DNA of 64,000 nt from the human T2T-CHM13v2.0 reference genome, Homo sapiens, in NCBI RefSeq assembly GCF_009914755.1, contig NC_060928.1; one strand, 5' to 3'. Below, piece after piece: positions 43,578 through 60,501 of this stretch. The translations under genes were made by a program, and so were the position numbers. How positions within the stretch are numbered: the first letter of the stretch is position 1; every line of letters begins with the position of its first letter. The notes under the pieces are model-generated. The model saw only the letters and a list, made by a program, of their open reading frames with translations, searched no databases and had not been told where the DNA came from.

Positions 43578-44741
43578 TGCATCAGTTTCTTAGGGCTGCT
43601 CTAAAGAAAGTACCACAAGCTGAGTGACTTACATAGCGGAAAAGTGTTTTCTTACAGGTTAAGAGGCTGGAAGTCTGAAATCAAGGTGTCAGCAGGGCCA
43701 TGCTCCCACTGAAACCCATAGCGGGGAATCCTTTCTTGCTTCTAAGTTTCTAGTGTTTCCTTGGCTTGTAGATGTGTCACTTCAGTCACACGGCCATCTT
43801 CCATCTTCTTCTTCTTCTTCTTCTTTTTTTTTTTGAGATGGAGTCGCTGCTGTCGCTCAGGCTGGAGTGCAATGGCGTGATCTTGGCTCAGTGCAAACTC
43901 CGCCTCCTGGGTTCAAGCGATTCTCGTGCCTCAGCCTCCCGAGTAGCTGGGACTGCAAGTGTATGCCACCACGCCCAGCTAATTTTTGTATTTTTAATAG
44001 AAATGGGGTTTCACCATGTTGGCCAGGCTGGCCTCCAACTCCTGACCTCAAGTGATCAGCCCACCTTGGCCTCCCAAAGTGCTGGGATTACAGGCGTGAG
44101 CCACTGGCGGCACATGACCACATTCTTCCTGTGTCTTTACATTGCCTTCCTGTGTGCACATCGGTCTTTGTGTCTAACTTTCCGCAATATGACACTAGTC
44201 ATATTGGATTAAGGCCCGCCCTAATCATGATTTCAACTTGATTACATCTCCCAAGCTCGCTCTTTCTTTCTTTCCTTCTTTCTTTCCTTCCTTTCTTTCT
44301 TTCCTTCCTTCTTTCTTTCTCTCTCTCTGTCTCCCTCCCTGCCTTCCTTCCTTCCTCTCTCTCTACCCTCCCTCCCTTCCTCCCTCCCTCCCTCCCTCCC
44401 TCCCTCCCTCCCTTCCTTCCTTCCTTCCTTCCTTCCTTCCTTCCTTCCTTCTGCAGTGGCACAATATTGGCTCACTGCAGCCTCAAACTCCTAGGCTCAA
44501 ACAATCCTCCCACCTCAGCCTCCAAGTAGCTGGGACTAGATGCATGTGCCACAATGCCTGGCTAATTTTTATTTCTTATTTTTTCTTGCCCAGGCCGGTC
44601 TCAAACTCCTGGCCTCAAGCAGTCCTCCCACCTGGGATTGCAGGCATGAGCCACTCTGCTTGGCCAAAGCCTGTATTTCTAAATGAGAGCACATTTTGAG
44701 GTTCTGGGGGTTAGGGTTTGGACACAATTGAACCCATAACA
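43578..44741 (-). mobile_element. MLT1B/C-type LTR interrupted by Alu (~43810-44108) and AluJ with CT tail (~44260-44663)
   Basis: aagtaccacaa...ggctggaagtctgaaatcaaggtgtcagcaggg...acccataaca. Confidence 0.8.
44260..44451. repeat. (CCTT)/(CCCT)/(CTTT) polypyrimidine tract
   Basis: ~190 bp almost entirely C/T. Confidence 0.95.
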
Positions 44742-45149
44742 GTAACAGTTCTTTCTCTCAAAAATTCTCCAAAGTAAGAAAAGTGTTTTACATTTTGCTG
44801 TCTAAAGTCTCTTCCCTGCAAGATGTTATCACCAAAGAGTTTGTTACTTATCAAGAATGTTTGGATACAAAAACTTAAGTTGGTTCTGTTTGTGAGTAAA
44901 CTTGAAAACGAATTATTTGTTTTGTTTAAAGAGAGAAGCATTCTTTCAGGCAGGACTCTGTCAAGAACATGTTACAAACTGTCTCATTTCCAGTGAACTG
45001 TTCTCTGCCTTCCACCCAGACAAGCACAAGACAACACTCCTGTCCGCTCTAGCTGGCAGCAGAGCCTCTCACTGGGTCTTGATTTCAAATGGTCATCAGA
45101 ATTTATCCTCATGGTCCCTGGTCTTCACTAGAGAGCAAAGTCCCTGTTT

Positions 45150-45340
45150 TACTCATTGAAGCCAAGCAGACCTGGGTTCAGATTCAAGCTCTATCACCAA
45201 CAGCCAGTTAGTACACTAACGTCTCTGAGCCTCAGTTTTCTCATCTGTAACATGAGGGTGATAACACCTCATAGGCTGGTGGTGAGATTTGGAGTGCCTA
45301 ATGCCTGGTAGACAGTCTGCAAATCATGGTGCTATTATCA
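45150..45340 (+). mobile_element. MIR
   Basis: ctctgagcctcagttttctcatctgtaa. Confidence 0.8.
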
Positions 45341-45881
45341 TGGAAGAATAACGTTTGGGGAACTTTGGGGGACCTTTTCTATCACTTATTTGGGCCTTCT
45401 GCACATACCCTTCCAAGGGCACAACAGTGGGCCTGTAACTTACATCAGCAGAGGAAAAGGTATAATTTGAATCTGGCCTTTGGGACTTGAATAGACAAAA
45501 ATGTCACTTTGCTATCAAAGGAGGAGGTATTGTCTCTGTCCATCTACCCGCCTTTCTGATCTACCATAGGCAGATCTGAAATAGCAACACTTTACTGTGC
45601 ACAAATGAGATCAATGCAGAAGAGAAGCAACTTTCATTTGGGAGAGAAGGTTAAGTTTAGAGCCTGGGGTGCAAAGGCAGAGGTGGATCTGGAGAGGACC
45701 ATGGAGTCAGGCCAGGGGGACACTGAGGTGTTAGGTAGGCATGAGGTTGAGGAGACACAGCCTCTGTGAAGGATGCAGGGCAAGTATAAGCAGAGAAGGG
45801 GGAGATGCTAAAGACAGGACAGCCTCCTGCCTCTTAGAATTCTGCCCAGGCTCACCCTGCTGGGTAGACTTCATTTTAAAC

Positions 45882-46189
<308 letters not shown>

Positions 46190-48129
46190 GCACCTTCATT
46201 TTGAATTTTGAATTCTTTCCCTAATTATGATTCCTCTACTCGGGCAGAAAGCCCCTCTCCAAATGCCAGCTTCTTCAACACAAAGATGCTTAAAACCCAA
46301 GGCCTCCCTCATAAACTGATTGGCACAGTAAGCAATAGATCAAGAGCAACTATAAAAGTCTTGGCTGTGTTCCTTGAGGGACATATTAAGAAACCCTTGA
46401 GGGCACATTCCCTCTTGCCTGGAGCTTTGGGAGGTCTATAATCCTGGAAAGGACTCAGGCAGGTCTGTGGGAGCCAAATTGCATCAGCCCTAGTTTCAAA
46501 AGTGTTATCTTTTGCTCTTTGTGATTGTAGCTGAATTAGTTGATTGTAGTAACAAAGGGGTAAGTGCCGAATTGCGTGCAAGTATGCTCCTCATCCCTCA
46601 AAGACAATATCCAGATGTCCTTTATATCCCAAATCCATTATTAGCTTCTGAAGATTTCCAAGTTTTTTTTATAGCAATTGTCACTCAATAACTTAATGCA
46701 TTAACAATGAATTTTCTAGACCAAGTATAGATCCAGGTCATTTCTTCTCTCTGAGCCTTGGTTTATCTGTGAAAGAAGGTTGTAGGAGCAACAACTAAGG
46801 CTTCTGATTGTGATCAAATCCTACATCTTGAGAAGCAATGGCCCCAGGCGCCTGTGGTGGGGATTAACACAGAGCAGTATGCAGCCATCTGTAACAAGCA
46901 GGTGAAAGTGGGCTAAAATGTGCATCAAGTACTCCCTCAAAGGGGAAGAATCCATCCAGACACTCTTATCTTTCATTCGACAAACACATATTGAGCACCT
47001 GGAACGCATGAAGGAACAGCAAAGAAAAGGCTCGGGTTCTGAAAGTGCTCCCAAGGCGAGGCAGGTGGAGGCAGATCACAAGAACCCTTGGAAGGGCAAG
47101 TGCTGGGAGATTTTTCCAGGAGGTGAGAGGATTGCAATCTATGTCCTTTGATTTTAAAAATCCTGCCTAGTTTCCCCATAGGTCGCCTCAATTTGTTAGG
47201 CTATGTGTCCCTATTTTGGGCTCAAAAATTTTGATCAGGGTGAACATAGGGTAAGATAATCATGAAAATGCACCCTATACCTCCCTCATACCGCTGAAGT
47301 CAGAGAGACAAGCCAAGGGCTGCAGTGCCCAATTTGTCTTGATGGTGACTTTGGTGCTGGGTTAACGGCTCATGTCATGCATGTGTGTGTATGAGTGAGA
47401 GAGTCTTTACATTACTAGCCCTTCCCAATCTTTCCCTGAGTTTGGGAGAAGGTGGGTAGAGACTAGACCAAGGGCCAGCTCTGCCTGTGGCTCTTTTTAA
47501 AACCTGTTTTTCTAGATCATGTAATGAATCTAAATACTGGTCCGTGAAAAAGGAAAAAGGGGTCATTATCTCTCATATTTCACATCCAGGAATATTAAAC
47601 AATTAAAAGCTTACCTAATGTTCCCAAGGTCATATGGTGAATTAGGAACAGAGACAGAGAAAGGATTCTAGTTTCTGGTCCTTCTAGTTTTGTTGCCTCA
47701 GCTTTGGATCTTGCTGCCTCTTTAAATCCCACATTTAGCTAGAATTGGGAGCTGTAGCTGTGAATTGGCTCCATCACTTAAAAAAAGGGGGTGCGGAATA
47801 CTTGCTTTCCTATAAGGCAAAACTATCTTATAACTCTACTGAGCAAGGCCTAAGAGATTGTCAAATTTTCAGCACATGTGAATATCCTTGTTCTTTCAGC
47901 TATTGGTATTCTGCAGCAGCTGCCTCACAGAGCCTGGAGAGCTCCAGCAAGGATGGGCCGGAACTCCAGCTGCTGGTGAGCAAGTGTTCACTATTTATAG
48001 CGGGAGGGGGGCTGCAAAGGAATGGAATTTTTTCCTTCTGAGTAGGGTTGATGCAACCAACAGGAAGTGGGCTCTGGTGGATACTAAAGGAGATCACATG
48101 AATATAGCTTATTACAGTACTTATCATAC

Positions 48130-48971
<842 letters not shown>

Positions 48972-49682
48972 TAACAAGTGGATTGTACAGGGAAGAGTCT
49001 TTGTATATAGCAGCAGATTAAACCAAAAGAATGCACTGACATGCACAAAAAGACTCTTTCTGGTGATCTTACTGTCAAATCAAAATCAGTTGCTTCTGAG
49101 CCAGCATTTCCAGGGCAAAGGTATTATTTTATAAATAAAGAAAACTTCACCAAATGTAAAGGTTAGGACTCATAAGGACTATATATCAACATAATTTAAT
49201 AAAAATTGTTTTTTATTTCTCTTTCTTCTTGCTCTAGTAAAAAAAATGCAATTAGTTTGGTCATATGATGATATTATAGTGTTTGGAGTCAAGGCTGGCA
49301 AACTTGACCTCCATTTTCAACTCGGAGCACAGCCTAGCATGGGCCTGGGGACTGAAGAGGCTGTCTCAATCTTTGATTAAGAGCCAGGGGAAAGTGAATG
49401 GGTGGGCCCTGGAAGAATGTGGCTTATCTGCTGAGTAGACCAAGACCTTAGCTTTGGCCTCTCAGTTTATTGGATGAGATTGGCCTGTTCAGAAAAACCT
49501 TTGGTTCAGGTTTTTCTTTTTGCTTGAATTTTGATATTTTACATTTTCCTAAAAATTATCCATTTCACTCTGATTTTTAAACTATCAGCATATAGTTGTG
49601 CAAATAATTCTTTTACAAGAATTATAGTTTCCTATATATGTGTTAATCTATTTGTATTTTCCCCTAGTTTTTAAAATTAGAC

Positions 49683-49948
49683 TGTAACCAGCCAATAGGT
49701 TCACCTTGCCCACTGCCTAGACAGAGTTGATTTATCAAGACAGGGGGATTGCAATAAAGAAAGAGTAATTAACACAGAACCGACTGTGTGGGAGACCAGA
49801 GTTGCTTTATTATTACTCAAATCAGTCTGCCCGAGTATTCGGAGATCAGAGTTTTTAAGGATAATTTGGTGGGTGGGGAGTGGGGAGTGCTAATTGGTCA
49901 GGTCAGAGATGAAATCATGGGGAGTTGAAGCTGTCTTCTTGCGCTGTT
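49683..49948 (-). mobile_element. Partial LTR8-family (ERV1) LTR
   Basis: Colinear with the start of the 52578 element. Confidence 0.8.
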
Positions 49949-50039
49949 CAAGACCAGTTAATGGATTATTTATTATTGTTTCTGGTTGTTTTTTTTTCCC
50001 CTCAGTGGAACCAGCTCTTGGATTTCTTTATCCATATGA

Positions 50040-50425
50040 AGACCTGCAAAGGGCCTGATATTTTTTTTTTCTCCTACGTGCCGGCTAACAAGTTAGTCTG
50101 CCAGTGGTCTCCTAGGTGAGAGATTTGTGCCAGTTCCCTAACCCCAGTTCCACCTAACATCATGAAAGTCTCATAATGTCTGCACACAGAGTGGGTTACA
50201 GGAGAGGAATCTAAGTCCTAAATTTAGGGAACCGGAATCTTTTATAAGGACAGTAAGCTGGGCGCTTGGCTCTGGGTAAAGACCCTCTCTTTGTCTTGCA
50301 AAGCTGTTTGCTATACAAACGTCCCTGAAGAGATGGTCCACAAGAAAGGCAGCCAGTGCCTCTGCCTCTGCCCCTGTCCTGAGGTATTCACAAACCAAGA
50401 GATTTTGGAGAACTGTCTCCCAACA
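50040..50425 (-). mobile_element. ERV LTR fragment, subfamily uncertain
   Basis: Minus strand begins tgttgggagacagttctcca; TATA-like ttataaaagattccggttccct. Confidence 0.55.
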
Positions 50426-50454
50426 ATCAATCAATCAATCAATCCCACTGATTT

Positions 50455-50646
50455 TGTCTTTCTTTCTTCCTTTCTTTCATGCCCTTTCTTTTCTTTTTCT
50501 TTCTTTCTTTCTTTCTTTTTTTTCTTTCTTTCTTTTTTCTTTCTCTTTTTTCTTTCTCTCTTTCTCCTTCCTTCGTTTCTCTTTCTTTTCTTTTCTTTCT
50601 TTCTTTCTCTTTCTTTCTCTCTCTCTCTCTTTCTTTTCTTTCTTTC

Positions 50647-50705
<59 letters not shown>

Positions 50706-50930
50706 TTCTTTCTTTCTTTCTTCCTTTCAGGATCTCATTCTGTTGCTCAGCCTGAGTGTGGTGCGACCCTAGCTCACTGCAGCCTTGAACTTCTGGGCTT
50801 CAGTAATACTCCTACCTCAGCCTCCTGAGTAGCTAGGGCTATGGGTGCATGCCACCATGCCTGGCTAATTTTTAAAATTTTTCTGTAGAGATGGGGGTCT
50901 CACCATGTTGCCTAGGCTGGTCTTGAACGT
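50455..50930 (-). repeat. ~270-bp (CTTT)n/CT tract forming the tail of an AluJ (50728-50930)
   Basis: Nearly pure pyrimidine tract followed by reverse Alu. Confidence 0.93.
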
Positions 50931-51197
50931 TGTTTTCAAACTAATTATATTCTTTCATTTTTAGTTCCTTCCTTCTATTTTCCTTATATTTTAAAAAATA
51001 TTCTTTTTCTATTTTTCTTGAGTTGGATAATTACTTCCTTCACCTTCACTGTTCTTAAGCTAAAATGATTTTAAGATTGTGACTTTTTCTTTGACCAAAT
51101 ATTGACTACATCTCATAAGCTTTAATAAATAGTGTTTTCCTTATTATTTGCTAAATTATCTAGTTTTTCCCTGTTATTTATGGAAGTCAAAGGTTTC

Positions 51198-51498
51198 ATT
51201 TATTTATTTATTTATTCGAGACAGAGTCACTCACTGTCACCCAGGCTGGAGTGCAGTGGTGTGATCTCAGCTCACTGCAACTTCCGCCTCCTGGGTTCAA
51301 GTAATTCTTGTGTCTCAGCCTCCTGAGTAGCTGGGCTCACAGGTGTGTGCCACTGCACCTGGCTAATTTTTGTATTTTTAGCAGAGATGGGGCTTCACCA
51401 CGTTGGCCAGGCTGCTCTTGAACTCCTGACCTCAATTGATCTGCTCGCCTCAGCCTCCCAAAGTGCTGGGATTACAGGGGCAAGCCACCGAGCCTGGC
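51198..51498 (-). mobile_element. Alu (S-type)
   Basis: TSD agtcaaaggttt. Confidence 0.94.
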
Positions 51499-52173
51499 CA
51501 GCAGTCAAAGGTTTTAAACTAAATTAATCAATCATCTTTAGGTTCCCTTGCTCTCTTGGTTTGCTCTGGAAGCTACTTTCTTTTCCTCAGACGTTTTTAG
51601 ATTAAAGCTATAAAGCCCTTTTAATAGGATCTCTGTGACTTGTGTGTTAAATTGCACTTCATTGCAATTTAGGAGGAAATGGAATTTGGAAGATAAAAGT
51701 TCAAGTCCTGACTCTGCCACTTTGTACTGGTCACCAAATAAATAACCCACTTTGAGTCTCACTTTTGTTTACAAATATAGGCTCGAATTTCATTATCTCT
51801 GAAGTCCTTTTCAATTTATGACTCCAAGAGATTTTGAATTAATTTCAATTAAACTGGTTTAATGATTTCTAGCCTGACTTGTTAGTTGAGGCAGCATGGC
51901 TATAGAAACTGGCAAAGCTGAGTTCAACCCATTCCTTGGGTGAGCAAATGCTTCTGTTTCCTCATGTTTTCTTCTGTGACTCTCACAGAGGAGGGAAAAT
52001 CCACATGGCACTAGGGGCTCATTTCCTCCCCTTTGGTGGCATCTTGCCTGGGTTAGCCAAAGGGACAAAGAGGCTGATGCCAGAGACTGAGCTCTGCAGC
52101 CTACCCTTTCTACCAAAGCTGTTTCCTGGCTCGAGAAGCTCCAGCACTACAGTGTTATCTAGATGTTCTCCTG

Positions 52174-52525
52174 TGTATTAGTCAGTTCTCACACTGCTAA
52201 TGAAGACATACCCTAGATCGGGTAATTTATAAAGGCAAGAGGTTTAATTGACTCACAGTTCCACATGGCTGGGGACCTCACAATCATGGCAGAAGATGAA
52301 TGAGGAGCAAAGTCATGTCTTACATGGTGGCAGGCAAGAGAGCTTGTGCAGGGGAGCTCCCAATTATAAAACCATCAGATCTTGTGAGACTTATTCACTG
52401 CCACAAGAACAATATAGGGGAAACCGCCCCCATGATTCAGTTATCTCCACCTGTCCTCGCCCATGACACGTGGGGGTTATTACAATTCAAGATGATTTGG
52501 GTGAGGACACAGCCAAACCATATCA
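52174..52525 (-). mobile_element. THE1 solo LTR
   Basis: tgtattagtc...gccaaaccatatca; flanks tcctg/ccctg. Confidence 0.9.
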
Positions 52526-52577
52526 CCCTGCTTTTTTCTCTTTCTGTGTGTGCAGCACAATTGGGCCCATCCCCTCT

Positions 52578-53306
52578 TGTAACAGCCCAGGGGGTTCACC
52601 TTGCCTGCTGTCCAGACAGAGCTGATTTATCAGGGCAGGAATTGCAATGGAGAAAGAGTAATTCATGAAGAGCCAGCTGTGTGGGAGACTGGAGTTTTAT
52701 TATTACTCAAACCAGTCTCCCTGAGCATTCCAGGATTAGAGTTTTTAAAGATAATTTGGCGGGTAGGGCCTCAGGAATGGGGAGTGCTGATTGGTCAGGT
52801 TGGAGATGGAATCATAGCGGGGTTGAAGTGAGGTTTTCTTGCGTCTTCTGTTCCTGGGTGGGATCGCAGAACTGGTTGAGCCAGATTACCAGTCTGGGTG
52901 GTGTCAGCTGACCCATCAAGTGAAGCGGCTGCGAAATCTCTCAAGCACTGATCTAAGGTTTTACGATGGTGATGTTATTCCCAGGAACAATTTGGGGAGG
53001 TTCAGACTCTTGCAGCCAGAAGCTGCCAGACCCCTAAACTGTAATTTGTAATCTTGTAGCTAATTTGTTAGTCCTGCAAAGGCAGTCGGGTCCCCAGGCA
53101 AGAAGGGAGTCTTGTGGGGAAAGGGCTATTAACAATTTTGTTTCAGAATCAAACCATAAACTAAATTCCTTCCCAAGGTTAGTTCGGCCTATGGCCAGGA
53201 ATGAGCAAGGACAGCTGAAAGGTTAGAAGCAAGGTGGAGTTGGTTAGGCCTGGTCTCTTTCACTATCATAATTTCCTTAGATACAATTTTTGCAAAGATG
53301 GTTTCC
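52578..53306 (-). mobile_element. Full-length LTR8-family solo LTR
   Basis: Minus strand begins gaaaccatctttgcaaaa...ctaaccaactccaccttgcttctaacc. Confidence 0.82.
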
Positions 53307-53909
53307 CACTCTTGGGATCTTTCCATGGTGTGTCTGTGCCCTGTGCTGGGGGATCTCTCTAGGGATAATGGGACCTCAGAGCCTAATGAACACCCTGCTA
53401 CTTCTCTGCTCATTTTCCCTATTTTTAATGTACATCATGAGCACTGCTAATGTGTATGTTTCTGTCCTTTCTCCACAACCCATAGTATTTGATGAGCATA
53501 ATGTTAAATGCTTTACATCATCTCATTTAATCCTGGTTACAAGCTTGATAATTACAAATATTATTCCCATTTTACCAGTAGGGAAACCTGGAGCTCAGAA
53601 AACTTAAGCAATTTGCCCAAGGTCAGCTGCTGGAAGATGCAGAGCTAGAGGCTGAATCCAAATTGTTTGGTTTTGAAGCCACATGATTTTAACTCTAAGA
53701 GAGCCCTGTTCACATGTTAGACATCACAGATGATTTTCCTGCAGATGGTGCTAAAGGGTCTTATTCAAACAGAATCAGTATATTATGACAATTTTTCAAC
53801 AGATGAAAGTAAAGCATAAGGGCCACCTCTTCTAATTTGTCCAAAAGTCCCATGTGGACTGGCAGCAGCCCTGATGTAATATGATTCTCTCAGAGGAGGT
53901 AACTAATAC

Positions 53910-54624
<715 letters not shown>

Positions 54625-54793
54625 ATACATCATGAGGAATGTGCATTTTTAAAAAATGAAATGTTAAATTTAAGATAATTCAACACTCATGAGAAGGCAA
54701 AGCCCAATCCCAGAGGGGAAGAGGAGGCAGGTGCAAGGCCACAGGGGGCAGTTCAGAGAGGCCAACATATTGACCTTGGAGGTCTTAGGGTGA

Positions 54794-55153
<360 letters not shown>

Positions 55154-56079
55154 TAGGGTGGACCATTTGAGACAACCACGACTTCTTACTCTTTCCTTAC
55201 TGCTCTGTTGATACTTGCTTCCCAGATCTAGTGGGGGAAATTATAGGGAACTAGGTGTCCATAAGAGTTCCACAGCATTGCTGCTTGAAGGAAATAATTT
55301 GTTGTTCTATTGTTGATATGGAAGTAGATGATTAGTAACGTCTTTTTTTTTTTTAAGGCAGATGGGGGAAATCTTCATTTTTAAGAAATTAGCTTTATTA
55401 TGTTTCACGAGCTAAAAATGACCCTTTGGATCCAGAGTGCATAGATCCAGATGGGGCTGTAGAGATCCCCTGCCTTCCTAACAGCATTTTGTTACAAAAT
55501 ATCATTTAATTCTTTTCCATACGGCTCAAATGTCCTACTTCCACAGGCTATTTTCAGTTTTAGTGAGCAAAATACTCTTCTGAGATCTGCCAGCACTCAC
55601 ATTAACTCATTCTCTTCTTTTCTCCATGCTCAGCAAATGATGGATTCTCTGGAATCCAACTGGAGCCCAGCCTTCTAGATTCTCTCTTGACTTGGTTTTC
55701 ATTTGGTTTAAACAGATTATCACTTAAGGAGAGCCAGCAGCCTTCAAAGTGCCCTGGGGGACCTGTGATAGTAAATCCATGTATGCACACTTCCACACCC
55801 TGACGTGTACTGCATGTATCCACCACTGGGCAGTGTGCCTCACAAGTGAGACTGATGCTCACGTGAGCTTGTGAAGTCAGGGGCAAAACATTGCAATCAG
55901 ACTCTAAACCCATACATTTAAATGCCCATTCATGCAGATGTTGAGAGAGCCACACAGAAACAACAAACACATCCATAGAGAAACAGACACATTACCCAGA
56001 GAAAGCAGATGGATGCATGGGGGTCTTGCTGTAAGAGGCACATGAAAGCCCTCGTGGATCTTGAGTTAAAAGAATGCCA

Positions 56080-56427
<348 letters not shown>

Positions 56428-57034
56428 TCAAGAAGGAGAAGACTGCCTTGCCCTGATGAGAATAAGTAATGGACAGTCAAAAGCAAAATAATAGGGCCCT
56501 GGCATTTCATAAAAATGCAGTTCCTCACTCATAATCTAGGACAAGGTGACTCCCCAGCACAACCCAAAGACGGGAGAGCTGTGATGATGACTCAGGAATG
56601 CCCTGAAATGCCCGGAGTGGGAAAGTGGTTTCATGTCAGTTGTATAAATGACTTGTATGAATATCTCTTTAATCTGTTTATTTACCATTTTACTAATTCA
56701 AACTTCTTCTAAATTAGTGTTCTGATAATTAATTGGGCTCCCTGAGAGGTCTCTAAGTACTGCTCATCTCTTCAGAATTTCAGTAATACCAAAGATAGTT
56801 CCCCTTGGCATTTTTGGGGAGATATTCTCTAGGGAAATATTAAATCAGATCTATCTTCCACTACAAAATAATAAATGTTTCCTATTGTATAAATTAGTCC
56901 TCTGAGAGTTTGGTTAATATAAATTTATCTAGCAGAATTCGAACTAAGAATTTTTTTTTCTCTTTAACATCAGCCAAAATAACACTGCCTCAGGAATTCA
57001 TCCCCGACCTCTCAGAAGTAATCTCATAGCTTTC

Positions 57035-57360
57035 ATGCATTTATTTATTCATTCATTCAACAAATACTTATTTAGCACTTAATATGTGTGAGGCCCCATT
57101 CTAGGTACATCAATGAACAAAATAAAGAAAACCACTGTGGTGCTTATATTCTCGTGAAGATAGCACCATGACCCTCCTTTTGTGGAGCATTGCATACTGT
57201 GTAGTTACTCATTTGTGTGATCATTTGGTTGTCAGTTTTTTCCTCTTATGTAAGATCCATGAGGACTGTGTCAGATTTGCTAACCACTGTAGAGCCAAGT
57301 GTAGCACTCACACAGTGCCAACTTGCAAAATACACTGAAATATTCAACGAATGAATACAT
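57035..57360. mobile_element. L2 3'-end fragments in both orientations
   Basis: cattcattcaacaaatacttatttagcac and ...gaatgaat. Confidence 0.65.
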
Positions 57361-59668
57361 TAGTAAATTCCTCAGCTTCATAATCGAACTCTGGACATCA
57401 TGCAACTGTTCCTGAGCCCTCAGAACCTATAACATGTGTGCATGCTTGGAAATTACTAATGGGCGTTTCTCTCCTGGTACAAGATCTCTGTCCCATTCAG
57501 TCTTTTACACAGCCATAGCAGAGTAAAGTAGTATGGTAAGGAGAAGGAAGGCCCTGAGTTAGGTTTCCTGAGCTGTCCTAAGTTCCCACATTGTGCGGAA
57601 GCTGAATCAAGAGCTGGTGGCCTTACCTTGGGGCCCTCTGTGAGCCCTGGATGAGTGGCCCCACAGTAGGGCTTAGAGTAGACCAGCTAGCCAGATGGAG
57701 AAAGTGGTGAGAAGCCCAAGCTTCTGAAGCAAAAACTGAAATGAGGCAGGGTTGGTAAGAGAGGAATTCCCCATCCCCCCACGCCATGTTTCGGCATTGC
57801 CTGCCTTGGAGTTGCTGAACTAGCAGTTGCCAGTTTCAGCACTGGAAGCCAGTAGCACCAGAGGGAAGGGGAACATTGTCTAGAGACCAGCAGATTGCAT
57901 CCAGAGACAAGAACCAAGCCAGGGTCACACCCTTCACCCAGCACCATGAGAACAATCAAGCACAGACACATACACCAATCAACACATCAGAAGGATGCCA
58001 AGCAAGTCTTTAAACTGGCTGGTTACCCTGCCGCGGTACAGGTGAAAATGGTCATCAATAAGGGAATGAATGATCACAAAGAAAGAACTCTGGACCACAG
58101 CTACATTGGGACCCAGGGGAAAAGTGCCCTATTTTGCTACTTGGATCACACCAAGCTGGAAAACCCTACGTCTTCCCTCCTGGGGAGTCAAACACGGATC
58201 TCACCCATTTCCTTGTCTTGCTGGATTCTTCATTCCTCTTCTGTTGGAGAACTGGCTAGACTCCCCATTCCAGACAAGCCAGGGACACAGGGGCCCATTT
58301 TCCCATACACCAGGAGCCATTTCAGAAGAGACACAGGGATGGGAAAGGCTACCTGAAAGAGTGAGTTTGTTTTTTGGTTTTTATAATCACATCACCGAGA
58401 TATTTACATACAATAAAATCTCAGATTTTAAGTGTATAGTTTGAATTTTGGCAAACATACTTGTGTAACCACCACCCCAATCAAGATGTAGAACATTTCC
58501 ACAACTACAACAGTTGTCAGTCTGAAGGAGTGCGCATTTTTATCCAAGAAAGATTGAGCCCTAAAATGACCCACATAAATGAATAGATTGAAACAGAGTT
58601 AAACATGGTAGGACTCAAGTAAATTTTCTTCTGACATATCCAGTGTCAGAGCCCAGGAAGAAGATCAGACTAATTATAGACAAAACAAAGTGGCTACATT
58701 TTGTCTGTACGTCCCAATTCAAGCTTGAGCTTCTCACCACTTTCTCCATCTGGCTAGCTGGTCTACTCCAAGCTCTACTGTGGGGCCACTCATCCAGGGC
58801 TCACTGAGGGCCCCGAAAGGCCACCAGCTCTTGACGGCTGTGAGCTAACTTTGTGTCCTTGCTGTATTTGAGAAGTTGAAGGCTTTGGTGAGGGAAATTA
58901 AGAGAACTGGGACAGAGAGACTGGAACTGGGGAGAAGAGAACATTTAGGTAAAGAGGTAGGTAACGAGAAGGTCGATGATCAGAGAAGTACTGTCTGACT
59001 CCAAAGCCAGTGCTTTACCGTGATGCGTACAGCCTCTCACAGGCTAAAGGGGTACAGACACACTCTACCTTCTCCCAGTCATAGGCAACAACAGAGAGCC
59101 ACACGGCCTTTCTACTGGGCATTTGTGTAGCATGCGAGCACATGCTTATGCACTCCTGTGGAGCACACAGCTCTAACATTCTCCTCAATGCAACTCAAGG
59201 TGGTGACTTGGGTGGACTTGTGGCAGAGAGCCAGACAATAAGCCCTGATTGTGCAATCTTTGTGATCCACACTAAACTGAGCTCAGTAGAAAATGTTCAT
59301 ACATTTGCACTCACAGATTTGCCAAATGACTGCAATGCCTAAGATGCGGGGCTAGGAGTTGTGTATGTGTGTGTTTGTGGGGAGGGGGACAGGTGGTGGG
59401 ACCGAAAGTGGAAGAGCCAGCTGATGCCCTTAAGGAGATTATGCTCTAGTAAGGAAGGTTAGACTTACATGTAAATAACTATTAGACCAAGTTCAAGGTT
59501 ATAAGTGCTACAGCAGAGTCAAAGATAGAATGCTGGGGGTGGGGAACCCGGAAAGGGAAACTGATTTGTACTCATCCTTGCCCCGCAGGCAGGTTTACAG
59601 AAATAACTTCATGCAATTCTCCAAACAACCTTGAGATAGATATTTATAATAAAGGACACCGAAGTTTA

Positions 59669-60084
<416 letters not shown>

Positions 60085-60501
60085 TCAATGTTTTATTCCC
60101 TGTACCAATGGTCTCAAACTGGGGAATCTAATCCAGACGTATTCAAAGGTATTTCAAAGGGTATGTGGGCACAGATAGTTTTAAGGATATGATCCAAACA
60201 TGGCTTAAACAATATTTCCCATCCACTTGCTTTTGCTTTTCTGGTGTCTTGCCTCACTCCTTGGAAGGAGGAATCTGTGTCTCTTCCCCTTGATGCTGGG
60301 TGAGCCTCTGTGAAACATCTCAACTAAGAGTTGGCAGAGTGATGCTGCCTGGCTTCTGAGGTGTGGACATAACAGTTCATAACATAACCTTGCACCTGGC
60401 TGTCTCTCAGGATGCTTACTTTTGGAGCCCAGTCACCATGCAGTTAGGAAGCCCAGACCTCATGGGGAGGCATGAGGCATGTGGGGACCATATGAAGGCA
60501 C

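Noticed and set aside
49683-53306. Two LTR8 copies as ends of a provirus
   Set aside because: Interval has no gag/pol remnants, the first copy is partial and the two are clearly diverged
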